NCBI RefSeq assembly: GCF_006345805.1
Contig: NC_043010.1
Coordinates: forward strand, 42,842,001-42,906,000
Reading direction: 5' to 3'
Length of the DNA: 64,000 bases
DNA from: Octopus sinensis
Taxonomy: Eukaryota
Shown piece after piece: positions 37,110 to 48,985 of this stretch. The notes under the pieces are model-generated. The model did no database searches. It saw only the letters and a program-made list of their open reading frames with translations, and was not told the origin of the DNA. Numbering within the stretch: the first letter of the stretch is position 1; every line of letters starts with the position of its first letter. The position numbers were made by a program, and so were the translations under genes.

Positions 37110-37728
37110 AATTCATGAAACAAATGCTAAACTGTTTTCAGATTTATTTACATTTTAAAAAATTTTATCCCTGTTTTATTCCAGATTGATGTACTAATTC
37201 AATATAATGACTGATTTTAATTTTCTGTACCTTGTGCTATAACAATGTATTATTAAACTGCAGAATTAAGCATAAAATTATCTGGTTAAGAAAGCATTTC
37301 ATAAATTGATTCTCAAGACATAACTTATTTTTTAGTTTTGCTCATAACATAAATCCCAGTCACTTATTTCTGAAAGTGATTGAAGAAATGTATTTATCAA
37401 ATTTTCAAATGATATTTGTCATCTGACATGAGAGAAGCCACCTACCAACAAAAATGTGAATTAACCTATCAATCCTTGACTTGAGTGGATAATAGTTGTG
37501 TCAGAGAAGTGTAATGAAGTTAGTCGTTTATCATTATTTAACATCCATCTTCCATGTTGGAATGGTTTTGATAGTTTGATAGGCTCCATTGTCTGGTATG
37601 GCACAAATTCTATAACTTGATGCCCTATCTAATGCCAACCACTTTACTAAGAGTACTGGGTGTTTTTCTTTCTCTTTCTTTGTAGCTCCAACTCTGTTCA
37701 AGTTGCCATGTAACATGCAAGACTAATA

Positions 37729-38096
37729 TAGGAGTGGCTTGCTTACCAACCACATGGTTCCGGGTTCAGTCCCACTGCATGGCACCTTGGGCAAGTGTCT
37801 TCTACTATAGCCTCGGGCCGACCAATGCCTTGTGAGTGGATTTGGTAGACGGAAACTGAAAAGAAGCCCGTCATATATATGTGTGTGTGTGTGTCTGTGC
37901 TTGTCTCCCCAACATCGCTTGACAACCGATGCTGGTGTGTTTACGTCCCCGTAACTAAGGGTTCAGCAAAAGGGACTGATAGAATAAGTACTAGGCTTAC
38001 AAATATAAGTCCTGGGGTTCATTTGCTCGACTAAAAGGTGGTGCTCCAGCATGGCTGCAGTCAAATGACTGAAACAAGTAAAAGAGTAAAGAGTAT
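37729..38096 (+). mobile_element. tRNA-derived SINE (family A)
   Basis: GGTTCAGTCCC B-box head, (TG)n middle, GAGTAAA tail; multicopy. Confidence 0.85.
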
Positions 38097-38370
38097 AACC
38101 CTCAACTGAATGACTAGGGTAAAGGTGGTAGCAACTTTATGCTAGGTGTTGAGAGGTTAAAGTATGAAAGAAGGGGCAAAAACATGGAGATATATCACAT
38201 ACAAGAGCGGTTGGGAGTAATCAATGTAGAGCTGGAAAGAAAGATGGTGGTAACAAAGTATCTGGGTGAGCCCTCAAAGTATGAGAGTAAATAGGGGAGT
38301 GGGGGAAGAAGAGAGGAAGGGTGTTGGGTAGCAATTGCAAGAGTGAAGGATGGTTAGAGATTTATGAACA

Positions 38371-38730
38371 GGGCAGGAGTGGCTGTGTGGTAAGTAGCTT
38401 GTTTACCAACCACATGGTTCCAGGTTCAGTCCCACTGCATGGCACCTTGGGCAAGTGTCTTCTATAGCCTTGGGCCGACCAAAGCCTTGTGAGTGGATTT
38501 GGTAGACGGAAACTTAAAAGAAGCCCGTCGTATATATGTGTTTGTTCCCCTAGCATTACTTGACAACCGATGCTGGTGTGTTTATGTCCCCATTACTTAG
38601 CGGTTCAGCAAAAGAGACTGATAGAATAAGTACTGGGCTTACAAAAGAATAAGTCCCGGGGTCGAGTTGCTCGATTAAAGGCGGTGCTCCAGCATGGCCG
38701 CAGTCAAATGACTGAAACAAGTAAAAGAGG
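38371..38730 (+). mobile_element. SINE family A, full length
   Basis: GGCAGGAGTGGCTGTGTGGTAAG head; near-identical to 53561-53973. Confidence 0.85.
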
Positions 38731-38802
38731 GGTGGAGGGGGTGTTTTATGATAAATATGAATTGTAGAAGAGAGTAATATTTTGTACATAGAGGATATAA
38801 GG

Positions 38803-39076
38803 CAGTGGTTCCCTAAGCGGGCGGTATTGCCCCCCCCCCCCCAGTGGTGGGAAATTCCAAGGGGGCATTGAAAAGTGAGGTGATAATGGGGTAGCAATTC
38901 ATGTAAAAACAACGAAATAATGGGTTCATTAGGTTATGTTTTTGTGAAATACAGTTGCTTTGAGTTTGCTTCAGAATGAGGTCTATGTTTGTGGTGGTTA
39001 GTTGGAGTGGAGGCACTAGGAATGTGGCCTGGGTGTCAAGCGGGGACAGCGGCCCGAAAATGTCTGGGAACCACTG
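38803..39076. mobile_element. hAT (Charlie-like) MITE
   Basis: TIR CAGTGGTTCCC; 8-bp TSD ATATAAGG. Confidence 0.9.
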
Positions 39077-39176
39077 ATATAAGGCATGACAAGTGTGTGT
39101 CTGTATGAATTGCTGTCAGTGACAGTGAAAAGAAAGTAATATTCAAGTGCCACTGTGAAACAAGTAGTAAGAATAT

Positions 39177-39407
39177 ATTTCTTTACTGCCCACAAGGGGC
39201 TAAACATAGAGGGGACAAACAAGGACAGACAAAGGGATTAAGTCGATTACATCGACCCCAGTGGGAAACTGGTACTTTATTTATCGACCCCGAAAGGATG
39301 AAAGGCAAAGTCGACCTCGGCGGAATTCGAACTCAGAACATAACAACAGGCGAAATACGGCTACGCATTTCGCCTGGCGTGCTAACATTTCTGCCAGCTC
39401 GCCGCCT
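39177..39407 (-). mobile_element. SINE family B, full length
   Basis: Reverse complement of the 30436 and 60595 copies. Confidence 0.85.
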
Positions 39408-39821
39408 CGACAACTACTAAGAATAGAAAAGAAGACCTTATCCCTAGTGGCATCATCAGAGGGTCTTGCTGTATGGAAGAGCTGGGAAAGATCATTCAGA
39501 ATTAGTTGATGAGGTGTTTATAAGATATTTCACTAGTTAGTGGCTTGATCTTGGTTGTGCAGAAACAATTATAGCACCTTTAACAAGTTACTGTTAGACA
39601 TGATTAGGTGCAAGATTAAAGACTATAAAAGAAGTTCTTTACCCAAAATAGCAGGTTTTGACATGCTCTTGTCAGATAATATGCCACATGCTCTTGTGAG
39701 ATAATATGAATGTTTTCACCTGCTTAAACAGTCAACAACGATGACGTTTTTTGTGAAATTTAACATATTTATTGGCATATTAGTATCAACTAAAACTTGG
39801 TCATTAGCCATCATTTCTTCT

Positions 39822-40012
39822 TCATCATCATCATCATCGTTTAACGTCCACTTTCCATGCTAGCATGGGTTGGACAGTTCAACTGGGATCTGGGAAGTCA
39901 GAAGGCTGCACCAGGCCCAGTCTGATCTGGCAGTGTTTCTACAGCTGGATGCCCTTCCTAACACCAACCACTCCGTGAGTGTAGTGGGTGCTTTTTATGT
40001 GCCACCAGCACA
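39822..40012 (-). mobile_element. RTE 3' tail
   Basis: (ATC)n followed by the reverse-complement tail. Confidence 0.85.
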
Positions 40013-40219
40013 GTATTTGTGAATAATCTTAAAAACTTTTTTATGCTTATAATCTAATTCTAAAAACATTAATTTTCTGGTGAGAATGTTTGAAATATAT
40101 CAAAATGATAAAAACATTCTAAATGTTCAGACTACTGCAATTCATTTAGTGTGCTGAAAACATTGATGATAATAATAATGATGATTGTCATCATCATTGT
40201 TTAACATTTGTTTTCCATC

Positions 40220-40615
40220 CAGCATCGCCTTACTGGCACTTATGCCTGTGCTAGTAGGGTGCCAAGAGCACCATCCGAGCGTGGTCGTTGCCAGAGCAGC
40301 CAACTGGCTTCTGTACCCGTGGCACGTAAAAGAGCACCATTCTAGTGTGATTGTTACCAACGTCATTTCACTGGCACCTGTAAAAAGATTTGAGTGCGGT
40401 CATTGCCAGTACTGCCTGACTGGCCCCCGTGCCGGTGGCACGTAAAAAGCACCCACTACACTCTCGGAGTGGTTGGCGTTACGAAGGGCATCCAGCTGTA
40501 GAAACTCTGCCAGATCAAGATTGGAGCCTGGTGCAGCCATCTGGTTCGCCAGCCCTCAGTCAAAATCGTCCAACCCATGCTAGCATGGAAAGCGGACGTT
40601 AAACGATGATGATGA
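40220..40615 (+). mobile_element. RTE 3' tail, variant subfamily
   Basis: Diverged tandem units plus conserved tail. Confidence 0.8.
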
Positions 40616-41719
40616 CTGGTATGAGATAGACAGTTTAACAGGAGATGGCAAGTCAGAGAATTGCACCAAGCTCCCATGTCTGTTTTGACATGCCTTTTGT
40701 GGCTGGATGCCCTTCCCAATGCCAACCACTTTACAGAGTATACTGGGTGCGTTTTGTGTGGTACTATAATTTGCAAAATATAACCTTTAAAGTGAAGTGG
40801 GGGAATAGTATTAAAGGAAGTGGCTTTATATCAGGTGATGGGTGGTTAACTTATGATCGACAGGTACAGGTATCTTGCTGCGAGACATCTGATTACCTCC
40901 ATTGGAAAAGAGAAGATAGTAATGAAGGGAAACTCTCAAGTTCCTGGAAAGTGTATATAAGAAGTCATACAGATGATTGGTTGGGAAAGTGTGAAGCAGT
41001 AGGTAAGTTCACGAGTGTAGAAGGAGAGTAACAGATGGATAAAGAATGCAGTAATTGGTGAATATAGGTGGAGGCATTGTTTATTGTGAATATCAGTTGG
41101 AGGGGAAGGTGGAAGAAGTAGGTGTGGGTCAGGGAGGTCGATTGGTGGTAACACAGATGAGATGAAGTGTGGCTGTGGGCTGTGAGAGGGATGACAAAAT
41201 CAATGGTACATAAGGATGGAAATAATCGAAAGCAAACAGAGGGATGCCATTGGTAAAATGAAGGTGTGTACATGGAAAAGAATGATGGTGAAAGTGGAAA
41301 ATAAGGTGAAAAGGGATGCTACTGAGTAGGGTCTCATTTTTGCATTGATGGACATTTCTTCTCAAGCACAGTAAATTCCTAATCATATCAGTCCTTTGCC
41401 ATCGCTTTTGTGAAGCTCAACATCTCAGAATAATCAATGAGGGCTATCACCAAACAACTTCAAATGTTGAAGTGGACTATCAGAATGTGATGCAGTATAA
41501 GTCATATTCACTGAGGAAAGGCCAATTCATGTCTGCAAAGATACAGGCAAACTTTGATCCCTACCATCAGTTATTTAACAAGGTTAAAATCCCTCATGAA
41601 CATAGCATGCTTTGATTCTTCTCTGATGTGAGAAACTTTGACCAACATCAAAAGTTCAAGAGGAGAAATGACAGCTGGTTATGTGCAGATCCTGCTGATG
41701 TTCCTAGAGTGATACATAC

Positions 41720-42915
41720 TACAAGAATCGGCTGAAAAGTTCAAAGGCTGACCAAAATACTCTCATGGAATGTAACCAAATGAGGTTTATTTTTCTACTT
41801 TGTCCCCTTTGCAGTCCACATGTCTTCCATCAGTGTACCAGTGCTTGGATCTCTTTAATGAAGAAGCTTTTGTCTTGTTGGTCAAAAGAATGATCAATGG
41901 CAGATATAACATGATCACTGTGATACTGGTTCCCAGCCAAGTACTTTTTCATGTTGCAGAACAGATGATAGTCAGATGGGCCAAATCAGGAGAATAGGGA
42001 GGGTAATCAACTAGTTCAAAGCCACAGTCATGCACAGCAGCCTTTGAAACCAAGGACTTGTATACTAGAGCATTGTCCTGATGAAACAAGAACCCTTTCA
42101 TCAGTTTTCCTGGGTATTTGGTCTTGATAGCCTTTCGTAACTGCTTCAAGTTGGCATTAGTACTCTGGCCCTTTTGAAGATAGTTGATAAAAATACCTTT
42201 TGCATCCCCCAAAACAGGTTATCATTTTCCCTGCAGATGAAATGGCCTTGGCCTTCTTTTGAGCGGGTAAAGAGGGGTGTTTCCACTGCATTGGTTGTCT
42301 CTTTGTTTCTGGTCCTACACTGATCCTGAGTTAGGAAACCTTCAAAGTAACCAGCTGGATCAGCCTCAAACAATGCAAGATTTTCCCATGATGTAATCAG
42401 CCGGGTGTATTTTTGATTAGGTGACAGAAACCTTTCTCATGCTAAGTTCATTGTACAGAGTATTCTCAACTCTCTCACAGGATGTTTTAATAGTATTGGC
42501 CATTTGATTTACAGTCAATCGTCTGTCATCAATTACCATGTGGTGAACAATTTTTTCCTTGGTGGTGGCAGTTGCAGGACATCCAGACCTTGGGTCATCT
42601 TCAAGATTCTCCCTTCCCCTCCTAAATTCAGCTCCCCACTTTTGCAATTGTTGATAAAGCTGGAGTGTCATCCCCTAATGTAGCAACCATGTCAGTATGA
42701 ATGTCGTTAGGGGTTAAACCCTTTTTCTGCAGGTACTTGATAAGATAATGCCAAATTTTGTCCATTTTGAAAAGAAGTTGCTACTAGTTACTTCTAAAGT
42801 TTTCTTTCAATAAGTCAGATGTCAGTTTACTTAGAAAGAGACAATGCAGTTACCAGTAAGAAGAGTCAACATTAAAGCATGCAAAATTTCACAGCTCTAG
42901 CATAGCCTACCCTCA
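41720..42915 (-). pseudogene. Degraded mariner transposon
   Basis: WGAEFRRGRENLEDDPRSG (HTH region), FHQDNA and PPYSPDLA motifs in shifted frames; TIR-like TACAAGAATCGGCTGAAAAGTTC. Confidence 0.9.
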
Positions 42916-42949
42916 AAAATTTCACAGCTCCTTCATAGCCTGCCCTGCA

Positions 42950-43370
42950 ACTGTGATGGTTTTAGGTGTGGTGAGTAAATGAAAGTCATGTCATGCCATC
43001 TTATGTCTTTCCACAGGGTTTAGAATTAATGCTGCTGGTTGCATTGAGGTGCTAGAGACAGTGGAAGGTAATATCTGTTTCAACAAAACTCAGTACCTTA
43101 TTGCAAAGCTTGCATAACCCAAGAATGGATATGAGACAATCTTTACAATCGTGTAGCAACAAACTCACCAGATTTGAATCCAATGAATTACTATTTTTCT
43201 TGAAAGAGAAGCTAATTGACATCCTCATGATGCCATTGTTTCACTGAAGGCTACCATTGTCCAGGTGGTGTCTAAAATGAACACAGCCCATTTAGTGCAA
43301 GTATGTCAGCAGTTCTGGTCCCACATAGAAGCTGTCATTGAAGCTGATGATGGATTCGTGGAATAATCTT
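42950..43370 (+). pseudogene. Tc1/mariner transposase relic
   Basis: FQQNS and NSPDLNPMNY motifs. Confidence 0.6.
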
Positions 43371-43586
43371 ATCAGAAAGCTTATATTCTGTCTGTTTTAA
43401 CTAACTGGAACTCTCCTACAATGTCATTCTAAAACTAAACAATTACATCATCAAAAACTTGAGTTACAAGATATTGCATTACATTTGACAAATTAATCTG
43501 AATGTTGAAGGGTTGAAGTACAGGCTTTGCTACATAGGAGCTGTTTTATACTAACAAATATATCATCAAATACATCTCACAACCTG

Positions 43587-43610
<24 letters not shown>

Positions 43611-43621
<11 letters not shown>

Positions 43622-43869
43622 TTAGAGATAAAACCACTATTAGGCAAATCAAACAGTGAAAATCATAAACCAATACATAGAAATAAAATTAATTAATAAA
43701 AAATATATAATTAAATATATAATTAAATTATTTAAATTTAAATTTAAAGTGTTTTATATATATATATATATATATAACTATCAAAAAGTGTTAAAAGTTT
43801 ATGGTTTATGGGCATAAAACGATCGTAGTGGTTTTACTCTTTATCTTATATTAAACTTTTAATACTTTT

Positions 43870-43910
<41 letters not shown>

Positions 43911-44120
43911 TTTAAATTTAAATGATTTAATTTTGAATTTTATATTTTATATATTTTTTATTAATTTTATTTCTATGTATTGGTTTATGATTTTCACTGT
44001 TTGATTTGCCTAATAGTGGTTTTATCTCTAATTTAATATATATATTTATACTATAAAATTAGATTTAATCCTAAATCTAATTTTTCCCTGTAAGTTTGGA
44101 TTTACTCCCTAATATTATTA
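43611..44120. repeat. AT-rich fold-back element embedded in (TA)n
   Basis: 43611-43800 is the reverse complement of about 43852-44044; outer ~80 bp match perfectly. Confidence 0.9.
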
Positions 44121-44124
44121 TTAT

Positions 44125-44167
<43 letters not shown>

Positions 44168-44334
44168 ATAGGTGTGTGTGTGTGTTAAATGAAGAAATGG
44201 CAAAGTGTGGAAATTCTATAAATGATAATAATTATAAGCTTTGACTATGTATTAGCTAAAAGTAAATAGTCTAATATTGGGGCATATAAACCCTTGGCAG
44301 AAAAAGTGGGTATTAGTAAAAGCCATTGGTGAAT

Positions 44335-44915
44335 CATACTTATTGTATACACACTTGATAGGCCACTTACTGCAGTATTTGTCCTGAGATGACATCTGTT
44401 ATGGGCTTGCTGTGTTGAAAATACAATGAATACCAGAGAGAGACAATAACTTGACCCAGCAGTGGCCACTGAGAGATGCACCAGATGCATTTGTCCTTTT
44501 TCAGCCTTTTCAGTAGCATGTAGTCACAGCTAGCCACATGCTCAAATGAGAATTTCTCATCTCTGATATTGGTAAAAGTGAGTGAAATATTCACTGATGT
44601 TGTGAATAGCTGCATATGCAATTGAGGCAGTAATTAATTAAAATAGCCCTCTATGTATCATACTTAATGTATACACACTTGATAGACCTGTTATTGCAGT
44701 ATTTCCTGAGATAACATCTATGTACTTGTGTTAAAACAATAAATATCAGAGAAAAACAAAAACTCATCTCAGTAGTGGCCAGTGAGAGTGCCAGATGCAT
44801 TTCAGCCAGTCTGAACTTTTTCAATTGTGCATACTTGCAGCAAGCCACATGCTTGGATGAAAATCCATCATCACTGATAAGGAAAAAAGTGAACAAAATA
44901 GTCTTGATGTTGCAA
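44335..44915. repeat. Diverged tandem duplication, ~325-bp period
   Basis: CATACTTA.TGTATACACACTTGATAG, AGTGGCCA.TGAGAG, CCAGATGCATTT and AGCCACATGCT each occur twice. Confidence 0.85.
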
Positions 44916-45842
44916 GTCACTATCCATTCCTATATCAGAGAGTTTCTATAACATTTAGGTTACAGCTAGAGTGGATAGTGGATGTTATTTCAAAGTATAT
45001 ATTCATGGTAATAAACTAATAAACTTGTTTAAGGGATTGGAATTCCCTCTCTCTCTTTCGGAGAGGCACTGAGCAGCTATACGCACACATACACACACAG
45101 CAGTAACTTCCACCTACCGAATTCAATCACAAAGCTCCGGTCGGCTCGAGGCTATAGTGGAAGACACCTACCCAAAGTAAAAAACAATGCAATTGTTGGG
45201 ACCAAGCTAATTGTCAACTTAAAGAGCCTGTTTTACAAATAATATCATCCATAAATGTAATATAAAAACCAGTACTAAAACCTTAACCTACAAAGGCAGT
45301 TCATCATGTGACTTCAAAGTAAGATTGCGTAATCACCTCTCCTCCTTTAAACACTGCCATAAGGCTAGTAGTGCATCTTTGGCTGAAAGAGTATGGTAAT
45401 TAAAGGACAGTAATGCTCAATTTGAGATTGTGTGAGATATTGTTCAAAGAGCTTCACCATATTCTAATAGATATGGCTTCAGATTATGTTATAGCAAACG
45501 TTATGAGAGCTTAATGCATTAGGGCAGTGTACTGAATAGAAAAGCTGAACTGAGGGTTAATTGCTTGCACTAGATTAGACAGATATTTATGTAATTTAAA
45601 CTGGTTATGCAATTCTGCAAACCTCTGCTTACATCTCCTTCAAGATATTTTAGGCAGTTTTTGGTAGCCTGCAACCCTACTCTATTGATTCTATATTGGC
45701 AATCTTATAGTGGATTTACCTTAGTGACATAAATGACTAATTACAGCTTACATAAGTATATCACATAATGTAGCAATAATATAGTGCATAACCTTGCTTT
45801 CTGACCTGTATACCCCTCATTCCCTTAATATTTTACTATATA

Positions 45843-46204
45843 CTAGCACTATGACCTGGCAACGCTGGGTCATGGTGTTAGTGCATGCATATACAGCTGC
45901 GTGCGTGCACACATACATGCGAGTACTGTCCAAATCTCTGACCAATCACACACAGCTAGCTGGCATTCAATTGGCGTATCAAGTTTTGGGCCTTTTGATT
46001 GGGTTTTGGATAGAAAATTCACAAAAAAGTCACTTCTATTGATTTTTTAATGGCTTTGCGGGATGACTTGGGAAATGTAAAGATGTGCACAACCACCCTT
46101 GGATGGTTTTGAATGACCATAGAAAGTGCGAGCCCTCTAACTGAAAAATTGTGGATTTGCATAAAGGACACACACGCAGACATTTTGCTGTTTATATATA
46201 GAGA
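45843..46204 (-). mobile_element. Non-autonomous Helitron
   Basis: Minus strand a|TCTCTATATATAAA ... hairpin GACCCAGCGTTGCCAGGTC ... CTAG|t; no TSD. Confidence 0.75.
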
Positions 46205-46439
46205 TTATCATTTAACTGTATTAGACATAATTATATTACTCTCTTATTGGATGGCACTGTAGCTGTGTGTACATTTACACACTTGCTTTTTATGTGCATA
46301 TGAGTATATGTATATGTGTACATGTTACTTTTGTGATTCTTTATGTATACTTGCGGGTAATGTGGATGTATGTGTATACAGATATGTATGTATGTATACA
46401 CACACACACACGGAACCTCTCTGTTTGGCAGCACAAGCA

Positions 46440-46612
46440 CTTACACACATATGTAGTCATGATAACTTCTGCTTACCAAATTCAATCATAATGCTTTGGT
46501 CGGCCTGAGGCTATTGGAGAAGACACTTGCCCAAGGTGTCACACAGTGGGACTGAACTTGAAGCTATGTGGTTGGGAAGCAAGCTTCCTAACCACGCAAC
46601 CATACCTGTGCC
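46440..46612 (-). mobile_element. SINE family A, 5' part
   Basis: Reverse complement of the family A head. Confidence 0.7.
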
Positions 46613-46717
46613 TCCCCAGGCATGCATGGAAGATGGACATTAAATGATAATGATGATGATATGTACATATTTGTTATGTATATACGTGCATGTATGTGTA
46701 TATGTATATGTGTATGT

Positions 46718-47240
46718 ATCATCATCATCATCGTTTAACATTCGTTTTCCATGCTAGCATGGGTTGGACGGTTCAACCGTGGATCTGGGAAGCCAGAAGG
46801 CTGCACCAGGCTCCAGTCTGATCTGGCAGTGTTTCTACAGATGGATGCCCTTCCTAACACCAACCACTCCGAGAGTATAGTGGGTGCTTTTTACGTGCCA
46901 CTGGCACGGAAGCCAGTCAAGACGGAGCTGGCATCGGCCACGTTCGGATGGTGCTTTTTACATGCCACCGGCATGGAAGCCAGTCTAGGCGGCACTGGCA
47001 TTGGCCACGTTTGGATGGTGCTTTTTACATGCCACCGGCACAGGTATCACAACTGCAGATTCCATTGATCTTTGATGTTGGTGTCCTTGACTCAATGGAT
47101 CTCCTCAAGCACAGGGTCAAAACGGCGTTTCTTTACTTGCCACCTGCACAGGAGTCAGTCTAGCAGCCCTGGTAACTGCCGGGTGCCAGTCATAGGATTG
47201 GCTCAATTTCAAATTCGATTTTGACTTCGCTTGCCTATGT
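46718..47240 (-). mobile_element. RTE 3' tail
   Basis: (ATC)n plus tandem units on the minus strand. Confidence 0.85.
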
Positions 47241-47460
47241 ACATATATCCATCCATTTATGAGTAAGTGAAGAAACAAAGCAAGATTAGCACCCAATACA
47301 TTTGGTAGGAGTTACATATATTTTTAATAACAGTTTGACTCAGCTTCACATGATTTATAGCTTCATGGGTGCATAGAACATGTTCATCTCATCTGATGCT
47401 AGGAACAATGTGAAAGTTTTGAGAAAAATTCGAGATGTCTTCTACATGTTAGGCATCTAG

Positions 47461-48985
47461 AATTCCAGGTAGAAGTAGGGGTCCACCAAGGATCAGCCCA
47501 GAGCCCCCTCCTATTCATCATAGTCCTCCAGGCAATAACAGAGGAATTTAAGACGGGTTGCCCCTGGTGGCTCCTCTATGCTGATGATCTGGCCCTTATT
47601 CAAGAATCACTACCAGAACTGGAGAAGAAACTTCAAGTTTGGAAGCAAGGTTTAGAATCGAAGGACCTTACAGTCAATGATGCAAAGACCAAAGTTCTAG
47701 TAAGTAGGAAGGCGAACACATCACACACCCCATCAGGTAGGTGGCTCTGCTCGATCTGTAGAAAAGGTGTAAGTAGAAACACCATAAGATGTACCCAGTG
47801 TAAGCTATGGACACATAAGAGGTGCAGCAACATCAAAGGAAAATTAACCAATAGCTTTCACGTGCAGCAGATGCACAGGGGCAAATAACACCACAGATGC
47901 TCAGAAAACAGATTCCATCACACTCCAGGGGGATAAACTAGAAGTAGTTGATAGGTTCTGCTACCTAGGTGACCAAGCCTGTAGTGATGGTGGATGCTCA
48001 GAGAGTGTTACCACTTGAATAAGAATAACCTGGGCAAAGTTCAGAAAGTTTCTACCCCTACTGGTGACAAAGGGCCTCTCGCTCAGAGTGAAAGGTAGAT
48101 TGTATGATGCATGTGTGTGAACTGCCATGCTTCATGGCAGTGAAACATGTGCCATGACTGTGGAAGACATGCGTAGGCTCGAAAGAAATGAAGCCAGCAT
48201 GATCCGCCGGATGTGTAATGTCAGTGTGGACATATGACAATGTAAGTGCCATGAGAGAAATGTTAGACATAAGAAGCATAGGATGTGGCGTGCAAGAGAG
48301 ACGTTTGCATTGGTATGGTCATGTACTGTGGATGGACAAGGAGAGCTGTGTGAAGAAGTGCCACTCACAAGCAGTGGAAGGAATCTGGGGTAGAGGGAGA
48401 CCCAGGAAGACATGGGATGAGGTGGTGAAGTATGACCTTCGAATGTTGGGCTTCACAGAGGCAATGACAAAAGGCCGAGACCTCTGGAGATATGCTGTGA
48501 CTGAGAAGACCCGACAAATAAAGTGAGTTCACGGTTGTAACCTACACCAGTGTCGCATAACCAGCCCACTCAAAAGTACTTTGGATTGTAGGGCAACATG
48601 CCATGCTTTAGACCTATTGAGTCAAGTACATCAACATCAGCAATATCAAAATCAAATCAAATAGAAATTGTAGTTGTGAGCCCTGTGCCGGTAGCATGTA
48701 AAAAACACCATCTGAATGTGGCCATTGACTGGCTTCTGTGCTGGTGGCACATAAAAAACACTACCTGGTTGTGGTCGATGCCAGCTCCACTGGCCCCTTG
48801 TGCCAGTGGCATGTAAAAAGCACCCACTACATTCTTGGAGTGGTTGGCATTAAGAAGGGCATCCAGCTGTAGAAATACTGCCAGATCAAACTGGGGCCTG
48901 GTGCAGCCTCTTGGCTTCCCAGACCCCAGTTGAACTGTCCAACCCATGCCAGCAAGGAAAACGGATGTTAAACAATGATGATGGT
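47461..48985 (+). mobile_element. 5'-truncated RTE LINE: RT with embedded PHD-like finger, C-terminus, 3' UTR
   Basis: VGVHQGSA, LLYADDL, CSIC..CTQC..H..C, RRLHWYGHV, GRGRPRKTW; stops and frameshifts. Confidence 0.92.
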
